DNA of 56,997 nucleotides from a virus (Duplodnaviria > Caudoviricetes), in the IMG/VR virus record IMGVR_UViG_3300044655_000346, positions 1-56,997 of that record; one strand, 5' to 3'. The notes under the pieces are model-generated. The model worked only from the letters and a program-made list of their open reading frames with translations. It did not search any database and was not told where the DNA came from. Position 1 is the first letter of the stretch. Each line of letters opens with the position of its first letter. The translations under genes were made by a program, and so were the position numbers. Below, piece by piece: positions 26,811 through 35,579 of this stretch.

Positions 26811-27445
26811 TAGGCTGCTACGGGTTCAATTGTTGCAACTTTAGGCCGTGAGCACCACGTAGGCACGTTAACGCTACCATGTTCCCTCATAGGCATGATA
26901 ATTCCTACGAATAACGGTTCACTGTCAATATTGACAACGCCGCTATCGTTACCCCGTTGCTTAATTTGAACGGATATACCCGTTGACTTATGCCCTCTTA
27001 AATCGTTTGCACAATCGTAAAAGGCTTGTATGTATTCGGGGTTATATGTACTTGGTTCAATACCGCTATCACTTGTCAGCTTAGGAATAACACGGTCACA
27101 ATCAGGAAATTTACCCTCTACGGCTTGAAATACCATGCTACTACTATCGGGGTTGATAACGGTAATTTTTACCCCGTCAACCGTAAAGCATAATGATTCA
27201 TTACCTTTTTTACCCGTTGCTGCTAAGGTTTTCACGCTATCAAGCGGCAAAATAACGCTACAAGGGTTTGCTATCGGTGTTTCATCTACAAGCAAACGGC
27301 CTAGCATATGCCCGTTCGTTGCTTCGATATACGTGCCCCTGTTATCTTGCACTACGTGCAAACCGTTCAAATAATAGCGAATGTCTTTTGTCGCTGCAAT
27401 GCGTGACATGCCTTTGAGTTGTTTACGTTGAATTGAAAATTGCAT
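26810..27445 (-). CDS. DNA polymerase III beta-clamp-like protein (truncated, 211 aa)
   Basis: DIRYYLNG, ATNGHML, EGKFPD.DRVIP and IIMPMR match DnaN domain 2/3 motifs. Confidence 0.75.
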   Translation of the reverse strand: MQFSIQRKQLKGMSRIAATKDIRYYLNGLHVVQDNRGTYIEATNGHMLGRLLVDETPIANPCSVILPLDSVKTLAATGKKGNESLCFTVDGVKITVINPDSSSMVFQAVEGKFPDCDRVIPKLTSDSGIEPSTYNPEYIQAFYDCANDLRGHKSTGISVQIKQRGNDSGVVNIDSEPLFVGIIMPMREHGSVNVPTWCSRPKVATIEPVAA

Positions 27446-27485
27446 ACTATGCTCGCTTTCATTTGAAGTTGACGATTATCACTAT

Positions 27486-27530
27486 TGATAATCCTACAAA
27501 GCCCTGTAAACAAGGCCTTGTAAGGTATCA
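27486..27530 (-). promoter_or_regulatory. Intergenic RNA hairpin, RNase III-site-like
   Basis: UGAUA-C-[15-bp stem, 3 G-U pairs]-AU-UAUCA. Confidence 0.5.
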
Positions 27531-27719
27531 CAATGGTTCAAAGCCTAAGCCATATCCCGCATACCCTAGAGTTGTACAACCCGCAAACCATGTCTCTAGG
27601 TCATAATCGCTTGCAACATGATAAGCCCCATCATCGAATACAACCCAATAATCATCGCTATGAGTGTTTGACATGCGAATAGCGGCCTTTGCTGCATCAT
27701 TAAAAGTTGAATAAGCCAT
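27528..27719 (-). CDS. Early hypothetical protein (63 aa)
   Basis: ATG 27719 with RBS AGGGG. Confidence 0.55.
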   Translation of the reverse strand: MAYSTFNDAAKAAIRMSNTHSDDYWVVFDDGAYHVASDYDLETWFAGCTTLGYAGYGLGFEPL

Positions 27720-27729
27720 TGTTTGCCCC

Positions 27730-27906
27730 TTAATCGTTATAAGGTAAGTTGTTAGCTTCAAACAAGCTATAAAAGCCTGTAAACAAGCTAAACAAGAAAA
27801 CAGCTAATAACTCTAATTCTGTAATGGCTGCTATGCCAAAGCAGTACATGCTAAACATGATTAACAAGAATGAACCTATTGCATTGCATACTAGAATTGT
27901 TTTCAC
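27730..27906 (-). CDS. Early two-TM membrane protein (58 aa)
   Basis: Own translation from GTG with RBS AAGGGG: MKTILVCNAIGSFLLIMFSMYCFGIAAITELELLAVFLFSLFTGFYSLFEANNLPYND. Confidence 0.5.
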   Translation of the reverse strand: MKTILVCNAIGSFLLIMFSMYCFGIAAITELELLAVFLFSLFTGFYSLFEANNLPYND

Positions 27907-27991
27907 GGTTACTAACCCCTTAAAGTTGATTGATTGATTGATACGCTAAAGCATATCGCATAGCCTACGTTATAGGCTATACGCTAGGCTT

Positions 27992-28363
27992 TTAATCCAT
28001 ACGTGACTCTACGTATGCTTTGATACCATGCTCTGCTAGTACGCTAGCAAACGCATACGCATACGCTTCTTTTTTAGTCAACGATTGATTGAAGTCACGG
28101 ATTGACATGCTAACCCCTCCGTTATAGGCTTTGCGGCCTAAGCCGTTTGCTACTAAAAACTTAGCGAATTTACTGTTAGCGGGTTTGACGTTAACGCTAG
28201 CAAACCCGCATACACCGTCATTCACTAAGTATTGACGGATAACCTTAGATTCGTCATTAAGAGGGTTTTCACGTTGTTGCACTACCATAGGTGTAACGGT
28301 AGTCATTTGAACGGCTGCATTACCTTTGTAATGCGCTTCACTGTATATCGCTTCTAATTGCAT
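27992..28363 (-). CDS. Conserved phage early protein (GVCGFA motif)
   Basis: GVCGFA.V...QSL..KEAYA.AFA.VL...GI.A...SRMD. Likely start 28363 with RBS AAGGGG. Confidence 0.7.
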   Translation of the reverse strand: MQLEAIYSEAHYKGNAAVQMTTVTPMVVQQRENPLNDESKVIRQYLVNDGVCGFASVNVKPANSKFAKFLVANGLGRKAYNGGVSMSIRDFNQSLTKKEAYAYAFASVLAEHGIKAYVESRMD

Positions 28364-28432
28364 ACTATGCCCCTTGTTGTTGTTGATAACTCTACTTTGC
28401 ACCGTGCTAGTAAATGTCAACGATAAATATAA

Positions 28433-28559
28433 TGCACGTATCATGCCAACATATAAACCCTTGATTTACTTGAATTCTACAATTTACCTATGCACCACAA
28501 TTGCACAATTTACTAATAGTATGCACCATAACTAATCACATAATCACCATAACAGTGCA
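28433..28559 (-). promoter_or_regulatory. Sigma54-type promoter with IHF site and NtrC-like upstream sites
   Basis: TGGCATG-ATAC-GTGCA (GG-N10-GC), AATCAA-GGGT-TTA, and TGCACCA-type half sites at 28491, 28522 and 28543-28559. Confidence 0.6.
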
Positions 28560-28571
28560 TCCTGTTAACAG

Positions 28572-28609
28572 TGTGGATAACTCTAGCTTATGCACAGGCC
28601 TGTTAATAA
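28572..28609. promoter_or_regulatory. DnaA-box cluster
   Basis: TGTGGATAA (28572-80), TTATGCACA (28588-96), degenerate TGTTAATAA (28601-09). Confidence 0.6.
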
Positions 28610-29046
28610 CTTAGTTAAGACACCTGTAATAGACTAGGGTTAGACTATAGAGTATACTAATTCTATTCTAGGTGTGTTATGTAATAGGTTATCTAAGGGG
28701 TAGCTACACAATTTGTAGGGGTAGAAAAGGGGTTATCACATCCCGCTCTAGCCCTGTAGCTATTATCCCCTACATGCTACAGGCATAGCCTTTAAAAAGG
28801 GGTAAGGGTTTGTTGATACTTTGCGTGAGCTTTCCCTAGCTCGCTTGCCCGCACTATTGGGTCTGAGGGTCTGAAAAGGCGTGCACCCCACTTCTCGCCC
28901 CCCCATAAAAAAATTAGTTTTTCTGGTGGAGTTGGTTTTCCAAGACGCATGGGGATTGTCACTAGGTACTATTGGTAATAGTCACCAGCCGTGTTGGTGT
29001 ATATTGGCGTTGCTGTTGGTTCTCGGATGCTCCAGCGGTTGCCTTT

Positions 29047-29086
29047 AGGGTTGGTCAGGGGTTACTTCTTGACTAACCCTTTTTTT
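29047..29086 (+). terminator. Intrinsic terminator
   Basis: AGGGTTGGTCAGGGG-TTAC-TTCTTGACTAACCCT followed by a T run. Confidence 0.75.
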
Positions 29087-29097
29087 GCCTATACTAT
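29069..29097 (+). promoter_or_regulatory. Sigma70-type promoter for the packaging operon
   Basis: TTGACT-N17-TACTAT, overlapping the terminator. Confidence 0.5.
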
Positions 29098-29121
29098 GGA
29101 GTTATTGGTAGAGGGGAAGAG

Positions 29122-29346
29122 ATGATGATTACTGCGATAGATGTTGAAGTAGGCGTACCTGCACCCAAGATGAGGGTGGTGTATGCGTACCCGTATGAGG
29201 AGATGGATGTGGGGGATAGCTTCTGTGTACCGCTAGGGGCTAGGGCGAAGGTGTTGAATGCCAACTACAGGGCTGGTAAGCGGTTGGGTAGGGTGTTTAC
29301 GGCAAAGACCGAGGGTGAGACTGTAAGGGTGTGGAGAACGATGTGA
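29122..29346 (+). CDS. Conserved small phage protein (possibly DNA-binding)
   Basis: YPYEEMDVGDSF...F.......VRVWR. Confidence 0.7.
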   Translation: MMITAIDVEVGVPAPKMRVVYAYPYEEMDVGDSFCVPLGARAKVLNANYRAGKRLGRVFTAKTEGETVRVWRTM

Positions 29347-29558
29347 ATGAAGTGTTCTGGATGGATGAGGAGGAATTGCGGGGTGCGTATGCTGACCTGC
29401 TGACTAAACTTGTCCGTACAGAGCAGATGATGGTGATGATGGCGATAAGTATTGAGAAGGCTGTGGAGTATGGGTACAGAGTTGGATACGAGGATGGCTC
29501 TACGGGAAAGTCGTATTCAGTTGAAGCAAGACATTTGGAGAGCCTTGTCTTGCACTAG
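29331..29558 (+). CDS. Hypothetical protein
   Basis: AVEYGYRVGYEDG motif. Confidence 0.5.
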   Translation: MENDVNEVFWMDEEELRGAYADLLTKLVRTEQMMVMMAISIEKAVEYGYRVGYEDGSTGKSYSVEARHLESLVLH

Positions 29559-29694
29559 CAAGAAGCAGAAGTTGGCGTTGGTGGCAGAGTGGAAGGGTAA
29601 GTACTGTGCAGACCATGTAAAGACGCTTATCAACTGTGCGAAGAACAAACGTGCAGCGTGTGAAATCCTTGAATGGAAAGATGAGGAGTTGTAA

Positions 29695-30237
29695 ATGGAA
29701 GAAATTGACAAAGATGTTATGGGTCAGATGTTGTTTGAGAAAGCAAAGACAGATTACCCTTACTTGTCTGACAAAGACATTTCTTTTAAATACTCTCCTA
29801 ACCAAGGCCGAGGGTTTTTGGAGTTTTATCCTCCTGACGAACCTGGCTCTCCTGAGTACCCACGCCCGAAAGAGTTGCCTATGGGTAAGGTTGGTATAGA
29901 GGTGTTTGACCCATCTACAAAGCCTTTGGATATTCTTGCTGACTATGTGAGTCATTATGGTGTTGAGTCTGACCCATACCTGTCTGAGCGTTATCAGAAC
30001 TTTGTAAAGTCTATGACACCAGACCAAACCCAACGGTTACAAGAACAATATAAATACTACCAAGAACATCCAGAATATAAAGAACAACGTGCTTTTGAAG
30101 ACTGGGCAAAGGCAAGTGGGTTGCCTGGTTACTTCCGTGGATACACATTTAACCAATGGCCTGACTCCACACAGATGTACACCCCTGAACAACTGAATAT
30201 GCTTAACCAAGTCCGTAGCTACTTGGGAATTAAATGA
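29695..30237 (+). CDS. Hypothetical protein upstream of TerL
   Basis: 180 aa, RBS GAGGAG, ATGA-coupled to TerL. Confidence 0.65.
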   Translation: MEEIDKDVMGQMLFEKAKTDYPYLSDKDISFKYSPNQGRGFLEFYPPDEPGSPEYPRPKELPMGKVGIEVFDPSTKPLDILADYVSHYGVESDPYLSERYQNFVKSMTPDQTQRLQEQYKYYQEHPEYKEQRAFEDWAKASGLPGYFRGYTFNQWPDSTQMYTPEQLNMLNQVRSYLGIK

Positions 30238-31988
30238 ACTTTGACCTGAAGAAGTTTTACAAGTTCTGTTCTGAACTCAAAATTGAGACTAAGGAAGAGG
30301 GTTTGAAGAAGATGGGTAACCTTCTGGGGACTCAGACCTATGTCATGCAAGAGATACAGAAAGGTTTAGATGAAGACGTTCACTTCTTCGTTATTCTTAA
30401 AGGCCGTCAACTTGGTATTACAACCATTTCGCTTGCGCTTGATTTATATTGGCAGTTCACACACCCTGGCTGGCAAGGCACACTTGTGGCAGATACGGAA
30501 GAAAACAGGGACATGTTCAGAAGTACCCTTGGAATGTACATTGAGGGTTTACCGAAAGAATATAAGATACCTCTAGTAGCCCACAACAGAAACCAGATGG
30601 TGTTGAAGAACAGGTCAAGACTGTTCTATCAAATTGCGGGAAACAAGTCTCGTCTGGGGCAAGGTAAAGCTATTACTTACCTTCACGGTACAGAAACCGC
30701 TTCATGGGGTAACGAAGAAGGATTAGCCTCATTGATAGCTTCTCTTGCTGAAAAGAACTCAGAGAGGCTGTACATGTTTGAGAGTACTGCCCAAGGCTTC
30801 AACATGTTCCACGACATGTACAAGACTGCCAAGCGAGCAAAGACTCAACGTGCCATCTTCTGCGGTTGGTGGAGGAATGAGTATTACCAAGTCCCTGCTG
30901 ACTCCAACATCTACAAGGTGTATTGGGATGGCAAGCTGACAGGCGAAGAGAAGGAATGGCACAAAGACATTAAGAAGCTCTATGGCTTTGAGATTAACAG
31001 CAGACAAATGGCTTGGTGGCGTTGGAAGATGGCTGAAGGCATCAAAGATGATGCGCTTATGTACCAAGAGTTTCCACCCACTGAGGACTATGCCTTTGTG
31101 ATGACTGGCACATCCTTCTTCTCGCACACACGTTGCACAGAAGCCGCCAAGAAGAGCAAGACCACGGACTGCGACTACTACAGGTATTCGTTTGGTCAAC
31201 TCTTCCAAGACACTGAAGTGCTGAAATCCACAGAAAGACTAGGTACTCTCAAGGTATGGGAAGAACCCATAGACTCAGCCTACTACGTGATAGGTGCTGA
31301 CCCCGCCTATGGAAGCAGTGACTGGGCAGACAGATTCTGTATTCAGGTCTACCGCTGTTATGCAGATGGCCTAGACCAAGTAGCAGAGTTTGCAACCTCT
31401 GAACTCAACACCTACCAGTTTGCGTGGGTGATAGCGCACCTTGCAGGTGCATACAAGAACTCTACCCTGAACTTGGAAGTGAATGGCCCAGGTCAGGCTG
31501 TGATTAACGAGTTGCGGAACTTAAAACGCTTGGCAACCTCTATGGGCGGGGCTACAGGGCGTGACTTGATGGATGTGTTGGGTAGCATGACAAACTACAT
31601 CTGGAGGCGTAATGACACCCTTGGTGGCCTCTCCAACAGTATTGGCTACCTCACTACTGCCAACAGCAAAGAACGCATGTTGCAGTACATGAAAGACTAT
31701 TTTGAGCGGGGCATGATGGGCATTCTCAGCATGGATACCCTAGAAGAAATGAAAGGTATCGTGCGAGAAGGTGGCTTCTTAGGCGCACCTGGTCGTGGTA
31801 AAGATGACCGTGTGATTGCCTCTGCCCTTGCTGCCGTTGCCTACGCAGAACAGATTCAACCTAGATTGATAGCCCACAAGTTGTCTCGCAATGTGAGCGC
31901 AGCACAAGAGTCCTACAGCCCTGAACAAATCGCTGTAGGCAGAAATGTCAGCGACTACTTGAAAAGAATAGGAATGTATGGTGCATGA
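30234..31988 (+). CDS. terL: Terminase large subunit
   Basis: Walker A LKGRQLGITT, Walker B-like LHGTE, ESTA motif, nuclease motifs VIGADPA and DDRVIASALA. Confidence 0.92.
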   Translation: MNFDLKKFYKFCSELKIETKEEGLKKMGNLLGTQTYVMQEIQKGLDEDVHFFVILKGRQLGITTISLALDLYWQFTHPGWQGTLVADTEENRDMFRSTLGMYIEGLPKEYKIPLVAHNRNQMVLKNRSRLFYQIAGNKSRLGQGKAITYLHGTETASWGNEEGLASLIASLAEKNSERLYMFESTAQGFNMFHDMYKTAKRAKTQRAIFCGWWRNEYYQVPADSNIYKVYWDGKLTGEEKEWHKDIKKLYGFEINSRQMAWWRWKMAEGIKDDALMYQEFPPTEDYAFVMTGTSFFSHTRCTEAAKKSKTTDCDYYRYSFGQLFQDTEVLKSTERLGTLKVWEEPIDSAYYVIGADPAYGSSDWADRFCIQVYRCYADGLDQVAEFATSELNTYQFAWVIAHLAGAYKNSTLNLEVNGPGQAVINELRNLKRLATSMGGATGRDLMDVLGSMTNYIWRRNDTLGGLSNSIGYLTTANSKERMLQYMKDYFERGMMGILSMDTLEEMKGIVREGGFLGAPGRGKDDRVIASALAAVAYAEQIQPRLIAHKLSRNVSAAQESYSPEQIAVGRNVSDYLKRIGMYGA

Positions 31989-32784
31989 CCAATTAACAAT
32001 TGTCTCCGTCTATGGTCACAACAACGGAGCATCTGCCATACCCTCCATAGTCAAGTCTATGAAAGAGTTGCCAGACAGTAAAGGCTTACTCATTTCCATA
32101 GAAGAACCCCCAAACTTGCCAAGCAATGTAGTTTGGAAGCGTTGCCACAACATAGACTACTTAGGGTATTCCCTGTTTATGATGCACAGCCTGTATGCGT
32201 TTATAGAAACAGACTACTGCCTCATTGTCCAAGACGATGGGTGGGTGCTTAACGGTAAGAACTTCAAGCCTGAATACTATGATTACGATTACATAGGCGC
32301 ACCCTCACACTGCGCTTTTGGTAACGGCACTCTGTACCTGAACTTTCAGTGGACACAGGCAACAGAGCCTGTAAGCGTTGTACAGAATGGTGGCTTCTCT
32401 TTGAGAAGTAAGAGATTCCTAGAAGCCTGTAACAAGCACGGCATCGTGCACTTGAACAGCAATGAGATACACGGGTGGAACGAAGATGCACAGTTGTCTG
32501 TCATCTTAAAGCCTGTACTAGAGAGCTACGGCTACAAGTATTGCCCTATCGACATTGCCAAACACTTCAGCATGGAGTATGTAGGGCACGGTTTACACGA
32601 AGACAGCTTTGACTTTAGCGGGTTGCTAGGTCACCATGCTCAGACAAGAAAGCTAAAAACCAATAACCACATCGTTGTTCCCGCTGACCCTACCAAATCG
32701 TATGGGGAAGTTAAGTTTATGTTGTGGTTGCAAGACCAAGGTTACACAGTGGAGTACCAATATGAGTCCGTTAAGCAAGCGTGA
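31978..32784 (+). CDS. DUF5672-like glycosyltransferase-fold protein
   Basis: TDYCLIVQDDGWVLN, YDYIGAP, NGGFSLRSK and NED motifs. Confidence 0.75.
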   Translation: MVHDQLTIVSVYGHNNGASAIPSIVKSMKELPDSKGLLISIEEPPNLPSNVVWKRCHNIDYLGYSLFMMHSLYAFIETDYCLIVQDDGWVLNGKNFKPEYYDYDYIGAPSHCAFGNGTLYLNFQWTQATEPVSVVQNGGFSLRSKRFLEACNKHGIVHLNSNEIHGWNEDAQLSVILKPVLESYGYKYCPIDIAKHFSMEYVGHGLHEDSFDFSGLLGHHAQTRKLKTNNHIVVPADPTKSYGEVKFMLWLQDQGYTVEYQYESVKQA

Positions 32785-33151
32785 ACTGACAAAACACATG
32801 CAACGCTTCTATGCAGACAAGGATAGAGGCATCTCTATAGCCCTTTTTGCCGAACTTGCAGGGATAAGTCATGGTCATTTCCATGATGTATTCATCTATA
32901 ACGAAGAGCCACTGACAGAAAACGTGCAAAAACGGGTCAGTAAAGCCTACCAACAGTGGAAAGCGGGTAACGTAAAGGTTATGAAACGCATAGATAACAC
33001 CCGCTATGTGGACTACAGGAAAGAATCTCAACCCGTTTTTAAGCCAAAAATGGGTCTGCAAGTGACCTCAGATGGCATAAAAATCAAAGTTGGGATGGCA
33101 AACAGGCACGATTACAGCGAAATTTCACTTGACGAAGCACTTAGGGGGTAA
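32762..33151 (+). CDS. Hypothetical protein (HTH-like)
   Basis: ISIALFAELAGIS, start near 32762. Confidence 0.55.
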   Translation: MSPLSKRELTKHMQRFYADKDRGISIALFAELAGISHGHFHDVFIYNEEPLTENVQKRVSKAYQQWKAGNVKVMKRIDNTRYVDYRKESQPVFKPKMGLQVTSDGIKIKVGMANRHDYSEISLDEALRG

Positions 33152-33153
33152 AA

Positions 33154-33651
33154 ATGGGTATTTTGAGAGACTATTACTGCACAAACCACGGCATTTTTGA
33201 GGCATGGGAGGCTACATGCCCCATGAAACATTGCAAAGGTGAGTTATCTGTCGTTCACTTGAAGCCTGTAGGCACAAGGTCGGCAAAAACCTCTGCAACC
33301 GACAATAATTTGAAACAACTTGCTATTGAGTACGACATGACGGACATTAAGTCCACAAAAGCTGGTGAACACCAGACTGGGTACATGAAACGCAAGAATA
33401 AGCTCACTGACAAACAGTTTGCCGAGGCTACAGACGCAATTCAGTCCAATAATCAAAGACAAACCCGCCCTGGTGACTCCGTTATCTGGGGTGGAGGCGG
33501 CAATATCAACATGAAATCTGTTATGGGTGGACAATTTAAGTCTGTTAACGGAGAATCTGTAGGCATAAATCCCAAAGCAGCGGGTGACCTGCAAGGGCCG
33601 AGAACCGCCAGCTACATGGCAGACCCAGATAACTTACAGGTGAGAAAATGA
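33154..33651 (+). CDS. Zinc-ribbon (FmdB-like) hypothetical protein
   Basis: DYYC..HG.FE.....CP...C. Confidence 0.6.
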   Translation: MGILRDYYCTNHGIFEAWEATCPMKHCKGELSVVHLKPVGTRSAKTSATDNNLKQLAIEYDMTDIKSTKAGEHQTGYMKRKNKLTDKQFAEATDAIQSNNQRQTRPGDSVIWGGGGNINMKSVMGGQFKSVNGESVGINPKAAGDLQGPRTASYMADPDNLQVRK

Positions 33652-35294
33652 GAATACCTAAAGAACCCGTAGCCAGAGAACAGTTCTATCTTGACTTGAT
33701 AGAAAAATGCCTTGTCAGTCGTGAACAACGCAAGGTTGACTACGCTTCTTTGCGTTCTTACTACCTGTTTGGCAATGCGCCTGATGACGTTCCCGCCATC
33801 TATAACAAAATCTACCCGCACATTGACCAACTGACCTCGTTCCTGTACTCAGCAGAAACCACCAAGTTCTCTATCCACACAGGCGCGTCTGTCCCAGAGC
33901 AAGAACAAATCAAAGTACCAAGCCTGAGTAAGGCTTTGCACGATGAGTGGCTCAACAGCAACGCTGACCAAGTATTCTCAACCGCAGTTACTTGGTCACT
34001 TTGCTACAACACCACCTTTGTCAAGCTCGTCATCAATAACGGCATCCACCCCTACATGGTAGAACCCGCCTGTATAGGCGTGTTGCGTGAAGACAGTGCC
34101 TACACTGACAGACAAGAAGCCATTGTCCAAACCTACTACATCACCAAGTCTGAGTTGTATGACAGACTCTACAGTCATCCCCAAAGAGACTCTATCGTCC
34201 AGCGGGTAATGACTACACAGCATGAGCGTACAGAGATTGCCAACGGCATTCAACGCATCATCTTGTCGCAGTCCAACCCCACCATGTACGGCAACATCAA
34301 CCTTGACTTGACAGGTAACCCGAACTACAAGGCGCAAGTCTCTGAAGAGACTATAGAAATGGTCGAGTTGTGGGTCTGGAATGATGAGACTAAAGACTAT
34401 CAGGTGGTCACAAAGGCTGACCCCAACGTCATCATCTATGACCGTACAGGCGAGTCCATGTTCTTGAAAGGCGAGTTGCCTTTTGTCCAAATCTGCCCCA
34501 ACCCGCTCTACGATTACTACTGGGGGGCGTCCGAGGTACAGCGTCTAATCTACCTCCAGCAGTTACGCAACAAACGCATGACCGAAATCTTGGACATGCT
34601 TGCCAAACAAGTCAGCCCACCTACCGCCCTGATTGGCTTTACAGGTATTCTTGATGAGAAGAGCTTTGCGCTAAACCGTGCGGGTGGCTTACTGGCAACT
34701 GATATGCCAAACGCCAAAGTAGAGAAGTTAGCACCTACTATCCCACCTGATTTATTCCGAGAAATTGGTGAAGTTGACCTGATGTTTGAGGAAGCCTCTG
34801 GCATTGTTTCTGTACTGCAAGGCCGTGGCGAAGCAGGTGTTCGTTCTTCAGGACATGCCTCACAACTTGCTCGACTAGGCTCAAGCCGAGCAAAGAAACG
34901 TGCCCTTGTCATTGAGGACAGCTTGGAGAAGATGGCAACCTTGTATCTCAAGTGTATGCAGGTCTATGACAACACTCACTACACAGACACAAAAGGAATC
35001 AAGTTCATTGCCGAACAGTTCACCAAAGACTTTGTGGTGAAAGTAGATGCTCATTCAAATTCACCCATCTTCATGGAAGATAGCCGCAAGATGGCGTTTG
35101 AGTTGTTCCAGGCTGGCGTGATTGACAAAGAGTCCTTGCTTGACATGATTGAGCCTCCAATGAAACAATTGTTGTTGGATAGGCTCAGAAAAGCAGAGGA
35201 AAAGCAAGCTGCTCAACAAGCTATGGAGCAACAAGCGCAGCAAATGCAACCTCCAAAGGCAGAAGGTAAACCAGACTTGAAAAAGGTGGGATGA
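33648..35294 (+). CDS. Portal protein
   Basis: 548 aa after TerL, P22/T7-like portal features and a Gln-rich tail. Confidence 0.8.
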   Translation: MRIPKEPVAREQFYLDLIEKCLVSREQRKVDYASLRSYYLFGNAPDDVPAIYNKIYPHIDQLTSFLYSAETTKFSIHTGASVPEQEQIKVPSLSKALHDEWLNSNADQVFSTAVTWSLCYNTTFVKLVINNGIHPYMVEPACIGVLREDSAYTDRQEAIVQTYYITKSELYDRLYSHPQRDSIVQRVMTTQHERTEIANGIQRIILSQSNPTMYGNINLDLTGNPNYKAQVSEETIEMVELWVWNDETKDYQVVTKADPNVIIYDRTGESMFLKGELPFVQICPNPLYDYYWGASEVQRLIYLQQLRNKRMTEILDMLAKQVSPPTALIGFTGILDEKSFALNRAGGLLATDMPNAKVEKLAPTIPPDLFREIGEVDLMFEEASGIVSVLQGRGEAGVRSSGHASQLARLGSSRAKKRALVIEDSLEKMATLYLKCMQVYDNTHYTDTKGIKFIAEQFTKDFVVKVDAHSNSPIFMEDSRKMAFELFQAGVIDKESLLDMIEPPMKQLLLDRLRKAEEKQAAQQAMEQQAQQMQPPKAEGKPDLKKVG

Positions 35295-35473
35295 TGGCTA
35301 CAAACAATACAGGTATGACACAACCTACGGCTGACCAACCAAGGGTTGACACCGCTTCTTTGAAACGCAATGAGGCCGCACCTAACTTGACTTTGCGTCA
35401 AACAGGGTATAAAACCTCATACGGAAGAAGCCAACGTGACTTCAACCGTAAACAAACTGGAGGAATGCGATGA
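35291..35473 (+). CDS. Small hypothetical protein
   Basis: 60 aa, ATGA-coupled. Confidence 0.55.
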   Translation: MMATNNTGMTQPTADQPRVDTASLKRNEAAPNLTLRQTGYKTSYGRSQRDFNRKQTGGMR

Positions 35474-35579
35474 ACATGAAGCCAAAAAGCGGTCGTAAGT
35501 GCCGCCGTTAATCAGGATTCCGTGAGGAATGGGTATGGCTGCCTCCCCTTTGTAGGTGGCCTTGTAAAAGGAAATTATC

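Noticed and set aside
27926-27942. Short TGAT/GATT tandem repeat
   Set aside because: Only about four units in a leader region, with no evidence of function
28388-28420. TTGACA...TAGAGT as a sigma70 early promoter on the minus strand
   Set aside because: The 20-nt spacer is too long and there is no -10 at 16-18 nt
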